Source of the DNA: Patescibacteria group bacterium
GTDB taxonomy: Bacteria > Bacteroidota > Ignavibacteria > Kapaibacteriales > Kapaibacteriaceae
Assembly (NCBI GenBank): GCA_044376225.1
Contig: JBILLF010000004.1
Coordinates: 1,694-65,693, forward strand
Direction: 5' to 3'
DNA: 64,000 nucleotides
The position numbers were made by a program, and so were the translations under genes. The first letter of the stretch is position 1; every line of letters begins with the position of its first letter. Positions 1 to 9,738 of this stretch are shown in pieces. The notes under the pieces were generated by a model. That model did not search any database. It saw nothing but the letters and a program-made list of their open reading frames with translations, and was not told the DNA's origin.

Positions 1-820
1 CTGCACGGGCCACACTGCGTGCCGTTGAGGCAATACTGACATCGTCAAACACGATCGTCGGGTTCTTTCCGCCAAGCTCAAGCGAGAGCTTCTTAAACAT
101 CGGGGCAGCAGTGGCGGCGATCATCTTCCCGGTAGATGTGCCACCGGTAAACGAAATGGCCTTGACGTCGGGATGTTCAACGATGGCCTGACCGCATTCC
201 GGACCGTATCCGTGCAGGATATTGAGGACGCCGGGTGGAAGCCCAGCATCCATGCAGATCTGTGCCAGGAGAAAAGCCGTCATCGGAGTCAGCTCACTGG
301 GCTTAGCAACCACCGTATTTCCAGCGGCCAGCGCCGGGGCGATCTTCCAGGTGAAAAGATAGAGCGGCAAATTCCACGGCGAGATGCAGCCGACCACACC
401 AAGAGGCCTGCGCACCGTGAAGTTGATCACGTTCTCGTCGGTCTGATGCGCGTCTGTGTGCGTGTGTAGAATCTCCGTGGCAAAGAAGGCCATGTTGTCC
501 ACGGCTCGCGGGATGTCAACACTGCGTGAAAGCCAAAGGGGCTTGCCCTGATCGTTGGTTTCTGCCAGAGCGAGATCCTCGAGATGGTCCTTGATGCGCT
601 GGCTGATGCGCAGGAGAATCTCTGATCGCCCCTTTGCCGGCATAGCCGACCAGTCCGGAAACGCCGTGCGGGCGTGTTCAACGGCCATCGCAACATCGCG
701 TGCATCACTTCGGGCGATGAGCGCAGCTACCGCGCCTGTGGATGGATTGATGTTCTCTATCCACATCCCCGAAGCGGGATCGCAATAGCGTCCGCCGATA
801 TAGTTTCTGATGTGCAACAT
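1..820 (-). CDS. Aldehyde dehydrogenase family protein, N-terminal ~273 codons (C-terminus lies beyond window start)
   Basis: Absent from the ORF track because it has no stop in the window. My own minus-strand translation from ATG 820..818 reads MLHIRNYIGGRYCDPASGMWIENINPSTG...RRPLGVVGCISPWNLPLYLFTWKIAPALAAGNTVVAKPSELTP...FTGGTSTGKMI...KKLSLELGGKNP. These are ALDH-superfamily NAD-binding and ELGGK motifs. It resembles hydroxy/aminomuconate-semialdehyde DH-type members. Confidence 0.85.
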   Translation of the reverse strand, partial: MLHIRNYIGGRYCDPASGMWIENINPSTGAVAALIARSDARDVAMAVEHARTAFPDWSAMPAKGRSEILLRISQRIKDHLEDLALAETNDQGKPLWLSRSVDIPRAVDNMAFFATEILHTHTDAHQTDENVINFTVRRPLGVVGCISPWNLPLYLFTWKIAPALAAGNTVVAKPSELTPMTAFLLAQICMDAGLPPGVLNILHGYGPECGQAIVEHPDVKAISFTGGTSTGKMIAATAAPMFKKLSLELGGKNPTIVFDDVSIASTARSVARA

Positions 821-863
821 GGTGTTACGGTTAGACTTACAAATATATCGTATGTTTGGCTTT

Positions 864-1769
864 ATGGACCTTCAGAGCGCCATCCGGACGTTTCTTTCCA
901 CACTCGATGTGGAAAAGTCGGCAAGCCGGCACACGACCTTGACCTACGCCACTGCACTCGATCAGTTCTGTCTTTACCTGGCCGAGTTCAGCGATCCCCT
1001 GCCAGAGGTCGATGAGATCACCGAAGCCGACATACGTCCTTTTCTGGGCTGGCTGCACGACAAGGGGCTTGGAAAAACGTCGATCCGCCTGAAATTGGCG
1101 GCCGTTCGAAGCCTGTTCCGTTTTCTGCTCCGTAGCGGAATCATTGAGCGCAATCCCGCAGCGCTGCTATCCTCGCCAAAGACCTCTCGCCCCCTTCCGT
1201 CGTTTATCAATGTTCATGAAGCCGAACGCCTCTGGGACAGTTTTGACACTGGCACGGCGAAGGGGCTTCGTGACAAAGCACTGTGTGAGTTGCTCTACGG
1301 TTCGGGGTTGCGGATCCACGAGGCCCTGGCTCTGAACGTGGATCAGTTGGATGCCGTTTCCAGGACCCTGCGTGTTCTCGGCAAAGGGGCCAAGCAGCGA
1401 GTAGTGCCACTGACGGCCGAGACCGTAGCGGCGATCGACAACTACCGATCTCAACGTCACATGCTCGCGCCATCGGCTGACGAGGCAGCGTTGTTTCTCG
1501 GTGATCGTGGTGGTCGATTATCAGCCTCCTCGGCCTGGCGAATCGTCCGCCGTGCCTTGGGGCCGATCACGGAGTCACGTCGCAAAAGCCCGCACGTGCT
1601 GCGTCATTCATTTGCCACACACCTGCTTGACAATGGGGCTGATCTGTCGGCCGTTTCTGATATGTTGGGACACTCCTCCCTATCAACCACACAGATCTAC
1701 ACCCACGTCAGCGTCGAGCGCCTCAAAGAAGCCTACAAACGCGCCCATCCGCGGGGCGCTTCTTCCTGA
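864..1769 (+). CDS. Tyrosine recombinase, XerC/XerD family
   Basis: ORF 810..1769. The ATG at 864 (MDLQSAIRTFLSTL...) fits Xer N-termini. The N-terminal SAM-like domain is followed by a catalytic region with LRHSFATHLL and TTQIYTHV (R-H-R-Y type signature). It is divergent from the ALDH gene, and I saw no flanking repeats. Confidence 0.85.
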   Translation: MDLQSAIRTFLSTLDVEKSASRHTTLTYATALDQFCLYLAEFSDPLPEVDEITEADIRPFLGWLHDKGLGKTSIRLKLAAVRSLFRFLLRSGIIERNPAALLSSPKTSRPLPSFINVHEAERLWDSFDTGTAKGLRDKALCELLYGSGLRIHEALALNVDQLDAVSRTLRVLGKGAKQRVVPLTAETVAAIDNYRSQRHMLAPSADEAALFLGDRGGRLSASSAWRIVRRALGPITESRRKSPHVLRHSFATHLLDNGADLSAVSDMLGHSSLSTTQIYTHVSVERLKEAYKRAHPRGASS

Positions 1770-1792
1770 ATTCCATCCTCGCACCACAGCAC

Positions 1793-2755
1793 ATGCGCAT
1801 TTCCGTTATCGGTACCGGACATCTCGGATCCATCCATGCAAAGCTCCTCACCCAACACGAAGGGGTGACACTTGCAGCAATCGTTGATCCTGATGCCGAT
1901 CGTGGCCGTCAGATTGCTGAACTCCATGGCACGACCTGGTATGCCACACTGGCCGACATGCCCGAGGTTGACGCTGTCATCGTCGCCTCGCCAACGTCCA
2001 CGCACTATGACGTGGTGCAAGAGTGCCTTTCACGGGGCTACCACTGCTTCGTTGAGAAGCCAGCCACGGCAACCCACGATCAGGCGGTGAAGTTGCTCGA
2101 GCTCGCAGCCGCAAGCGATCGGGTGATACAAGTGGGTCACGTCGAACGGTTCAACCCCGCGGTGCGCGCTCTAGCCGCAATGCCTGTCGAACCGCTGTTT
2201 ATCGAAGTACACCGCCTAGCCCCTTTCAAGCCTCGCGCGATCGATGTGAGCGTGATCCACGACCTGATGATACACGATATCGACCTGCTATTGTGGCTGA
2301 CAGGGTCCTCTGTGACCGATGTTCAGGCTACTGGCGTTAGGGTTCTCACCGATACCATTGACATCTGTAATGCCCGACTGACGTTTGCCAATGGATGCGT
2401 TGCTAACGTCACGGCATCACGCATCACGGCATCGCCGATGCGTAAGCTTCGGATCTTTCAGCGCGATCGGTATGTTTCACTGGATCTGGCCGCTGGTGCC
2501 ATTGAGATGTATCTCCTGCAGGACCGTTCACAGCTTGACACATCGCACCAGACGACCCTGGTCGAGGTGGCAACACAGTTTGGCGACCGTATCATTGTGC
2601 ATGAAACACCCGAGGTTACCCCGGGCAATGCCATCTTTGAAGAGCAGCGGACGTTCATCGAGAGCATTCGTTTCCATGCACCCGTTGCCGTGAGCCTTGA
2701 CCAGGGCGCCGAGGCGATACGAATCGCAGAATGGGTTCACACTCTTGTTTCGTAA
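1793..2755 (+). CDS. Gfo/Idh/MocA family NAD(P)-dependent oxidoreductase
   Basis: 320 aa. N-terminal Rossmann motif MRISVIGTGHLGSIHAKL, followed by EKP (FVEKPATAT), which is typical of this family. Confidence 0.8.
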   Translation: MRISVIGTGHLGSIHAKLLTQHEGVTLAAIVDPDADRGRQIAELHGTTWYATLADMPEVDAVIVASPTSTHYDVVQECLSRGYHCFVEKPATATHDQAVKLLELAAASDRVIQVGHVERFNPAVRALAAMPVEPLFIEVHRLAPFKPRAIDVSVIHDLMIHDIDLLLWLTGSSVTDVQATGVRVLTDTIDICNARLTFANGCVANVTASRITASPMRKLRIFQRDRYVSLDLAAGAIEMYLLQDRSQLDTSHQTTLVEVATQFGDRIIVHETPEVTPGNAIFEEQRTFIESIRFHAPVAVSLDQGAEAIRIAEWVHTLVS

Positions 2756-2768
2756 AGTCTCTGCTCAG

Positions 2769-4238
2769 ATGACGATTCAGTTCATGCACATGCGGCCGTT
2801 TATCCTCCTTGCCTCCCTATGGCTGGGCTCCACAGCCGTACACGGCCAGACAGAGATGATGGATCTTGGCCGCGTAGGCCATGCCGCCTTTGTGACCTCA
2901 GTCGTCACCGATTACCAATGTGTGTCGATCAACCCCGCAAACCTCGGATTCTCGCCAAGTTTCGACCTGTATCGCGTGTCAACACCTCTGAGCGTTGGCG
3001 TTGAGCGCGGCAGCAAGCCGATCACCTTCGGTTTCGGCCAGGTGGGAGCCAGCATCCGAAGCGATGCAATGACCAAGCCGCAGGTACTTGACTTAATCCT
3101 CCAGCGCGAATCAGCCACGGCGTTCACCCCCGCCGATCAGTTGCGGGCTGCTCAGGAGTTCGCCAATCGTGGACTTCGATTCAATGCCGATGCGTTGCTC
3201 TTTGGTATCTCCTATCAGTCAAGAACGTATGGCGGTTTCGCCATCACCGCACGCGAGCGACTCAGCGGCTCGTTCATTCTAAACAAGGGTGCCTCCGAGA
3301 TCATCTTCCAGGGTCGTCGGGCTGAGTACTTCGATTCGTCCTACACAAACTGGCGCGGCGACACCATCGGAGTGGCTCGCAAGCCACAGCTCTTTTCACA
3401 GCTCTTCGACGGCACCCGTCTGTCAATGTCGTGGGCACGGGAGTTCTCGTTCTCCTACGGATTGCCACTCGTCATTGGAGATGGTTGGAGACTCTGCATG
3501 GGTGCCACGGGCAAACTCCTTCAGTCGTTTGCATTCCTGGATGCCCAAGCCGACAATGGTGAATTCACCGCCTACAGTGCACTGAGTCCGTGGTTTCTGA
3601 TTGACTATGGCAAGGCGACAACGCCATCTGCTAAACTCGGCACCACCCTTGTACCGATCGGTCAAGGCTACGGGGCTGACATTGGCCTGACCTTTAAGAG
3701 CTCGTCGTTTTCACTCGGTGTGTCTGTCATTGACATTGGGGAAATGCGATACGATGGGAATGTCTTTTCAGCAGCTGATACGATCGTCAACGGTCTCGGC
3801 ACGACAGGATTCGGTAACTACAACCTCTTTGAGCAAGCTCCCAAGCTCTCAGGCGACGGCAACTACTTTGTCTGGTCGGGCCTCGTTGAGACTCGCGTAA
3901 AACTGCCCACCCGCATGCGACTTGGCGGCTCGTTCAACATCGGCTATCGCCTCAGCGCCGGCTTCGACATGACGGCACCGCTAAGGGATGTTGGCACGAA
4001 TCCCCGCAACCTTTTTGCTACTGCTGGCATCTCGTACCGGCCATTTGTCTGGCTCACCATCGGGACCGGCATCGGCTCTGGTGATGGCATGACAATCTTC
4101 ATCCCAGGCACGATCACCCTATCCATCCTGGGCGGATACTGGGAGATGGGTGTGTCAACGCTCGATCTTTCATCACTCTTCACAGACCGTCTGCCGGTGC
4201 TCTCCGCCAATGTGGCGTTTTTGAGATTTAGGCTGTAA
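2769..4238 (+). CDS. Putative outer-membrane beta-barrel protein (FadL/PorV-like NPANLG motif)
   Basis: ORF 2697..4238. The internal ATG at 2769 gives a signal peptide, MTIQFMHMRPFILLASLWLGSTAVHGQ. It has an NPANLGF motif near the N-terminus, alternating Gly/aromatic-rich strands and an aromatic-rich C-terminal end (AFLRFRL). The family is not identified with certainty. Confidence 0.55.
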   Translation: MTIQFMHMRPFILLASLWLGSTAVHGQTEMMDLGRVGHAAFVTSVVTDYQCVSINPANLGFSPSFDLYRVSTPLSVGVERGSKPITFGFGQVGASIRSDAMTKPQVLDLILQRESATAFTPADQLRAAQEFANRGLRFNADALLFGISYQSRTYGGFAITARERLSGSFILNKGASEIIFQGRRAEYFDSSYTNWRGDTIGVARKPQLFSQLFDGTRLSMSWAREFSFSYGLPLVIGDGWRLCMGATGKLLQSFAFLDAQADNGEFTAYSALSPWFLIDYGKATTPSAKLGTTLVPIGQGYGADIGLTFKSSSFSLGVSVIDIGEMRYDGNVFSAADTIVNGLGTTGFGNYNLFEQAPKLSGDGNYFVWSGLVETRVKLPTRMRLGGSFNIGYRLSAGFDMTAPLRDVGTNPRNLFATAGISYRPFVWLTIGTGIGSGDGMTIFIPGTITLSILGGYWEMGVSTLDLSSLFTDRLPVLSANVAFLRFRL

Positions 4239-4275
4239 CCCTGTAACCTGTAACCTGTAACCCGTAACCCGTAAT
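4233..4275. repeat. Heptanucleotide tandem array (CYGTAAC) x6 filling the gap between two convergent stop codons
   Basis: Read directly: CTGTAAC-c-CTGTAAC-CTGTAAC-CTGTAAC-CCGTAAC-CCGTAAT. The first unit contains the TAA stop of the + gene (4236-4238). The last unit abuts the TGA (4277..4275) of the - gene. Confidence 0.95.
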
Positions 4276-5246
4276 CACCACGCGTAGGCTTCGGGCGCTT
4301 GATTTCCCGGGCCCGGCCAGATGCGATCCAGTTCAGCCAGTGTTTCTGCGTCCAGGGTGATGTTCATGGATGCGACGTTCGCGTCGAGTTGCTCAACAGT
4401 GCGAGGTCCAATGATGGGGCTTGTGACGCCATCACGCTGAAGCAGCCACGCAAGGGCAACGTCGGCACAGTCGATGCCGAGCTTGGCGCAGAGAGATTCA
4501 TACTGCTCAACTTGTGGACGAAGTTTTTCCGCCGACTCGATTAGCTGAGGACGCTTGCGGCGCAACGTATCGGACTTGGAGAAAATGCCGGCCAGCAAGC
4601 CCCCTCCAAGAGGACTCCATGGCAGGATAGCCATGCCGTAGGCTTTGGCAGCGGGGATCACCTCGAGCTCGATGTGGCGGTTACGAAGTGAGTACACGCT
4701 CTGTTCACTGACGAGACCGAGAAAGTGCCGTTGCTTGGCCAGCTCATTGGCCTGAGCCATGTTCCATGCGGCAAAGTTGCTTGATCCGACGTAGAGGATC
4801 TTGCCTTCGCGGACCAGTTGCTCCATGGCTTGCCAAACTTCTTCCCACGGAGCTGATCGATCGATGTGGTGCATCTGGTACAGGTCGATATGATCAGTCT
4901 TTAGTCGACGCAGTGAATCCTCACAGGCCTTCTTGATGTGATAGGCCGAACATCCGCGGTCGTTCACACCATCACCCATCTGTCCATAATGCTTCGTTGC
5001 AAGAACGATTTGGTCGCGGCGTGTTGAGTCCTGAGCCAGCCAATTGCCGATCACTTCTTCAGTTCGCCCCTTACCCTTATCCCAGCCATAGACATTGGCC
5101 GTATCGAAGAAGTTGATGCCATGCTCCAAGGCACGACTCATCACAGGAAACGAGTCCTGCTCTTCGATCCAGTAGCCGAAGTTCATAGTGCCAAGGCACA
5201 ACTGCGATACGTTAAGTCCGGTGCGTCCGAGGTTGACGTAGTTCAT
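4275..5246 (-). CDS. Aldo/keto reductase family oxidoreductase
   Basis: 323 aa. MNYVNLGRTGLNVSQLCLGTMNFG...FFDTANVYG...ATKHYG... matches classic AKR (Tas/YajO-like) N-terminal and catalytic D-Y-K-H context. Confidence 0.9.
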   Translation of the reverse strand: MNYVNLGRTGLNVSQLCLGTMNFGYWIEEQDSFPVMSRALEHGINFFDTANVYGWDKGKGRTEEVIGNWLAQDSTRRDQIVLATKHYGQMGDGVNDRGCSAYHIKKACEDSLRRLKTDHIDLYQMHHIDRSAPWEEVWQAMEQLVREGKILYVGSSNFAAWNMAQANELAKQRHFLGLVSEQSVYSLRNRHIELEVIPAAKAYGMAILPWSPLGGGLLAGIFSKSDTLRRKRPQLIESAEKLRPQVEQYESLCAKLGIDCADVALAWLLQRDGVTSPIIGPRTVEQLDANVASMNITLDAETLAELDRIWPGPGNQAPEAYAW

Positions 5247-5358
5247 GATGTTCGTTCTTTGGTTGGGAAATTGGCTTTACAAGTTACGGTTCTTCATGTT
5301 TCCATTTCTTTGCCGACAACGCAACACTGTCGTAATACTGCCGTTGTAACGTCGCGGC

Positions 5359-7164
5359 GTGACAAAACCAAACTCAGCTACGGGTTCACGTCGAGACCTT
5401 GTAACGACGGACCAATTGGCGTCAATGCTTGGGCTTTCCGGCAACAACCCTCTGTTGTCGGTTGCATGGAATGCCCTCAGCCTCGATCGCATCAACGATC
5501 TCTATTCGGCTGTTGCCCACCTAAGAACAGATGAGTTTCTCGAGGAGTTCTTCTCGACGATGAACATCGATCGTCGATTTGACCCAATGGAACTCGACCG
5601 GATTCCTGACCACGGCCCGGTGGTGATCGTATCGAATCACCCGTTTGGAGCCGTCGATGGACTGGCTCTGCTGTCACTAGCTCGAAAGCGGCGGCCAGAT
5701 GTCTGTGTGATGGCCAACGGGATCCTCTCGATGGTGGAACCACTTTCCGATGTCGTGATATCTGTGGATCCCTTCCGCCGTGTCTCGTCGCAAGGGGCTA
5801 ATGCGAGCGGGATTCGGCAATGCATGAGACACTTGACGCAGGGCGGTGCCCTGATCGTCTTCCCAGCGGGCGAAGTGTCCGCACCTCAGGGATCCAAGGA
5901 AGAGCCCCTCGACAAGCCGTGGGACATTTCGGTGATGAAACTCATTCAGAGAACGCGCGCAGCCGTTGTTCCTGTATTCATCCCCGGTCGAAACTCAGAG
6001 ATCTTCTATCGTGTCGGAAAGATCCACCCCCGGCTGCGAACGGCGTGGCTTCCACGCGAACTCCTGAAACGACGCAACTCGAGTATCACGGTTACGGTCG
6101 GTCGGCCTGTTGATCGTCAGATCCTTGCTCGCCTTGCTGATCCCGAGGAACTCGGACGCTACCTGCGTGCTCATGTGTACGCACTTTCTGGCTTATCGAA
6201 CCGGAGTCACCACCAACCGTTGTGGCCGACTTCAGCTCAGCACGACATTGTTGAAGCCATCGACCCACGAACGGTCGCCAGTGAGATGGCATTGCATTCC
6301 TCGCGTCGACTCCTCGAACAGGGTGGCTTCGAGTTATATCTTCTGCCGGGAGACTCATCTCCCGCGGTACTGCACGAGATCGGACGTCTTCGTGAGATAA
6401 CGTTTCGAGACGTGGGAGAGGGCACAGGTTCATCAATCGATATAGATTCGTTTGATCGCCACTACGAACACCTGGTACTCTGGCATCCCGAATCCTCGAT
6501 GATCGTCGGCGCTTATCGGCTCGGTCACGGGGCACGTTGCATTCAGCAAAAGGGAGTCGCTGGGTTGTATATCACCACCCTCTTTTCCATCGACAAAGAA
6601 GGTCAGACTCTACTGCGTTCGAGCTTGGAACTTGGGCGCTCTTTTGTGCGCAAAGAGTTTCAACGTCATCGACTACCCCTCTTCCTTCTCTGGCGCGGCA
6701 TCCTTCAATACGTCTCACAGAACCCTGAAATACGAACAATCATCGGTCCGGTCTCAATTAGTGCCGACTACTCCGACGTGTCTAAGATCCTCATGATTGA
6801 GTTCTTCCAGCATCAGGCCCAGTCATCGGCGTTCAGTGGACATGTTCAGCCTGTGCACAGATATAGTTCACCGTGCAAGGCCACTCTCGACCTCAATGGC
6901 CTCTTAGCACCGGTTGGAGGTGATTTACGCCTGCTCGATCGGGTCATCGGCCAGCTCGAGAGTTCTCTGCGGTCCACTCCTGTGTTGATTCGAAAGTACT
7001 GTGCACAGAACGCCAGGATCGTTGCCTTTAACGTCGATCCGAACTTCAGCAATACGCTCGATGGATTCATGGTGCTGGATGTGTCCGAGATACGGGGCGA
7101 ACTAGAAGAAATGACCAACTGCAACATTTCTCGCCGTCAGGAGCCGGAACCGCAAAGGCCCTGA
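5359..7164 (+). CDS. Two-domain acyltransferase: N-terminal PlsC-like O-acyltransferase plus C-terminal GNAT/OlsB-like N-acyltransferase (OlsF-like aminolipid synthase candidate)
   Basis: 601 aa. The N-terminal half has VSNHPFGAVDG and FPAGEVS acyltransferase blocks. The C-terminal half (HEIGRLREITFRDVGEG...YRLG...) resembles N-acyl-amino-acid synthase/OlsB-type GNAT folds. The track start at 5359 is GTG, and an alternative ATG lies at 5425. Confidence 0.6.
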   Translation: MTKPNSATGSRRDLVTTDQLASMLGLSGNNPLLSVAWNALSLDRINDLYSAVAHLRTDEFLEEFFSTMNIDRRFDPMELDRIPDHGPVVIVSNHPFGAVDGLALLSLARKRRPDVCVMANGILSMVEPLSDVVISVDPFRRVSSQGANASGIRQCMRHLTQGGALIVFPAGEVSAPQGSKEEPLDKPWDISVMKLIQRTRAAVVPVFIPGRNSEIFYRVGKIHPRLRTAWLPRELLKRRNSSITVTVGRPVDRQILARLADPEELGRYLRAHVYALSGLSNRSHHQPLWPTSAQHDIVEAIDPRTVASEMALHSSRRLLEQGGFELYLLPGDSSPAVLHEIGRLREITFRDVGEGTGSSIDIDSFDRHYEHLVLWHPESSMIVGAYRLGHGARCIQQKGVAGLYITTLFSIDKEGQTLLRSSLELGRSFVRKEFQRHRLPLFLLWRGILQYVSQNPEIRTIIGPVSISADYSDVSKILMIEFFQHQAQSSAFSGHVQPVHRYSSPCKATLDLNGLLAPVGGDLRLLDRVIGQLESSLRSTPVLIRKYCAQNARIVAFNVDPNFSNTLDGFMVLDVSEIRGELEEMTNCNISRRQEPEPQRP

Positions 7165-7184
7165 CAAGCCCCCTATATTTGCGG

Positions 7185-9734
7185 ATGCACTATCCGTTCG
7201 CATCCATCGAAGAAAAGTGGCGTCGCACGTGGGTTGAGTTGAATACCTACGGTGTTTCCGACGACCACACCAAGCCGAAATACTACGTCTTGGACATGTT
7301 CCCGTATCCGTCCGGCGCTGGCCTGCATATCGGTCATCCGGAAGGGTACACCGCCACGGACATCGTTAGCCGCTTCAAGCGGATGTGCGGATTCAACGTC
7401 CTGCATCCCATGGGCTTTGATGCATTTGGCCTGCCGACGGAACGCTACAGCATGACGACAGGTATCCATCCATCTGTCGCCACCGCCAACAACATCGCTA
7501 CTTTCAAGCGTCAGCTCAACGCTATCGGATTCGATTACGACTGGTCACGCGAAGTCAACACTACACTTCCGGAATACTACCGCTGGACGCAGTGGATGTT
7601 CCTGATCATGTACAACTCGTGGTTCGATCGCGAAGCCGGCAAGTCGCGCCCAATCGACGAACTCCCAATCCCCTCAGATCTAACCTCAGCGGCTGACATT
7701 GAAGACTACCGGGACCAGCACCGGCTGGCCTATATCGCCTATTCACCGGTGAACTGGTGCGAGGCACTTGGTACGGTGCTGGCAAACGAAGAAGTCGATG
7801 AATGGAAGGAAAAAGGCTATACCGTCGAACGCCGTCCGATGCGACAGTGGATGCTGCGCATAACGGAATATGCCGAGAGACTTCTTGCGGACCTTGACAC
7901 GCTCGACTGGCCATCATCGACGCTTGACATGCAGCGTCACTGGATCGGACGCAGTGAGGGAGCAGAAGTCCATTTCACTGTGCAGGATCACGAGCATACG
8001 ATAACGGTATTTACAACCCGACCTGATACGCTCTTTGGTGCTACCTATCTCGTAGTTGCTCCGGAACATCCCATCGTTGACCTTCTCGTTACGGATGAGC
8101 AGCGTGTGGAGGTTCTGTCCTACCGCGAGGCATCAGCTCTGAAAAGCGACCTCGAACGCACGGAGCTGAGCAAGACAAAGACCGGAGTATTTACAGGCGC
8201 GTATGCCATCAATCCGGCCAACGGCTCCGCCGTTCCGATCTGGGTTGCCGATTACGTACTGGCTCATTACGGCACTGGCGCGATCATGGCCGTGCCCGGT
8301 CATGACGAACGCGATCATGAGTTCGCCGTGACCTTCGGCCTGCCGATCGTGCAGGTGGTCGCGCCGATCGACGGATCAACTGTCAACGTTGCAGATGCTG
8401 CGTTCTCCGACGAGGGCATCGGAATGAACTCAGAGAGTTCCCACGTTAGCCTGATTGGGCTGCCGACAGCCGACGCCAAATCTGCCATCATCACATGGCT
8501 CGAGTCATCGGGTCATGGCAAGGGGCGCTTGCAATACCGCCTTCGCGACTGGCTGTTTTCACGTCAGCGCTACTGGGGTGAGCCAATCCCGATCATGTTC
8601 TTCGACGACGGAACAAAACGTGCACTTGAAGCCGATGAGCTTCCCTTGCTGCTTCCCGACGTGGCCGAGTTCAAGCCGGCCGGAACGGGCGAGTCGCCCC
8701 TTGCGACGGTTGAATCATGGGTGAACTTCATTGATCCGAAAACAGGTAAGAAGGCACGCTTCGAAACCAACACCATGCCACAATGGGCCGGCTCATGCTG
8801 GTACTACCTGCGCTACTGTGATCCGCACAACACGTCGGCCTTCTGCGGTCAAGAAGCGGAGAAGTACTGGATGGGTGCCCATGGTGTAGACCTCTATATG
8901 GGAGGGGGCGAGCATGCAGTGCTTCACCTGCTCTACGCTCGCTTCTGGCATAAGGTGCTCTACGACTACGGATACGTTACGACACCGGAACCGTTCAAAC
9001 GCCTCTTTCACCAAGGCCTGATCATGGGGGAAGACGGACGCAAGATGTCCAAGTCGCTGGGCAACGTTGTCAACCCTGACGAGGTCATTGCTGCTCACGG
9101 GGCTGATGCGCTGCGACTTTACGAAATGTTCCTGGGGCCACTCGAAGCCACAAAGCCCTGGAGCACCACCGGCATTGAAGGTGTCACGCGATTCTTGAAT
9201 CGCTCATGGCGTATGATCGCCACGGAGGATAGTACGCTCGCCCCTGCTGTGCAGGATGTGCCGTGCCCTCCCGAGCTGGAGCGTGTGCTGCATGCCACGA
9301 TCAAGAAGACGCGTGAAGATGTTGATGCGCTGAGCTTCAATACGGCCATTGCACAGTTCATGATCTTCGTCAATGAGTTTACCAAGCTGGAGGTGCGCCC
9401 CCGCGTCGCTATGGTGCAGTATGTGCAGTGCCTTGCCCCTTTCGCACCGCACATTGCCGAAGAACTATGGCACATCCTTGGTGAAGCAGAGTCGGTGCAC
9501 ACTTCGATTTTCCCTGAGTACGATGCTTCGAAACTCGTCTTGAATGAAGTTGAGATCGTTGTACAGGTCAGCTCGAAGATCCGCGGCAAGCTGGTTGTCT
9601 CAACCGATGCTGATGCATCGACAATTGAGTCGATGGCACGGCAAGACGCTGGAATTCTAAAGCACCTCGAAGGACGAGAGATCGTCAAGGTCATCACCGT
9701 GCCCAATAAGCTCATCAACTTCATCGTCAAGTGA
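7185..9734 (+). CDS. leuS: Leucine--tRNA ligase
   Basis: HIGH-type motif PYPSGAGLHIGHPEGY, KMSKS motif GRKMSKSLGN, and length about 850 aa. The first ATG at 7185 (MHYPFASIEEKW) aligns with LeuS N-termini; the track start at 7179 is TTG. Confidence 0.97.
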   Translation: MHYPFASIEEKWRRTWVELNTYGVSDDHTKPKYYVLDMFPYPSGAGLHIGHPEGYTATDIVSRFKRMCGFNVLHPMGFDAFGLPTERYSMTTGIHPSVATANNIATFKRQLNAIGFDYDWSREVNTTLPEYYRWTQWMFLIMYNSWFDREAGKSRPIDELPIPSDLTSAADIEDYRDQHRLAYIAYSPVNWCEALGTVLANEEVDEWKEKGYTVERRPMRQWMLRITEYAERLLADLDTLDWPSSTLDMQRHWIGRSEGAEVHFTVQDHEHTITVFTTRPDTLFGATYLVVAPEHPIVDLLVTDEQRVEVLSYREASALKSDLERTELSKTKTGVFTGAYAINPANGSAVPIWVADYVLAHYGTGAIMAVPGHDERDHEFAVTFGLPIVQVVAPIDGSTVNVADAAFSDEGIGMNSESSHVSLIGLPTADAKSAIITWLESSGHGKGRLQYRLRDWLFSRQRYWGEPIPIMFFDDGTKRALEADELPLLLPDVAEFKPAGTGESPLATVESWVNFIDPKTGKKARFETNTMPQWAGSCWYYLRYCDPHNTSAFCGQEAEKYWMGAHGVDLYMGGGEHAVLHLLYARFWHKVLYDYGYVTTPEPFKRLFHQGLIMGEDGRKMSKSLGNVVNPDEVIAAHGADALRLYEMFLGPLEATKPWSTTGIEGVTRFLNRSWRMIATEDSTLAPAVQDVPCPPELERVLHATIKKTREDVDALSFNTAIAQFMIFVNEFTKLEVRPRVAMVQYVQCLAPFAPHIAEELWHILGEAESVHTSIFPEYDASKLVLNEVEIVVQVSSKIRGKLVVSTDADASTIESMARQDAGILKHLEGREIVKVITVPNKLINFIVK

Positions 9735-9738
9735 CGCT

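Noticed and set aside
173-1015. Several 77-113-aa ORFs at the window start (173-469, 427-708, 555-788, 674-1015)
   Set aside because: They overlap the long open aldehyde-dehydrogenase frame on the - strand, which runs off the window and so is missing from the ORF track. None has motifs.
864-1769. The tyrosine recombinase as a marker of an integrated mobile element
   Set aside because: It has typical XerC/D length and motifs and is flanked by ordinary metabolic genes. There are no nearby repeats, tRNA or cargo genes, so it is most simply the chromosomal dimer-resolution recombinase.
7174-7181. TATATTTG (a perfect Bacteroidetes -7 box) just upstream of leuS
   Set aside because: It ends only 3 nt before the leuS ATG, so it would put the transcription start inside the coding sequence. 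There is no TTG at the -33 position. It is probably a chance match, or at best a leaderless arrangement that I cannot support.
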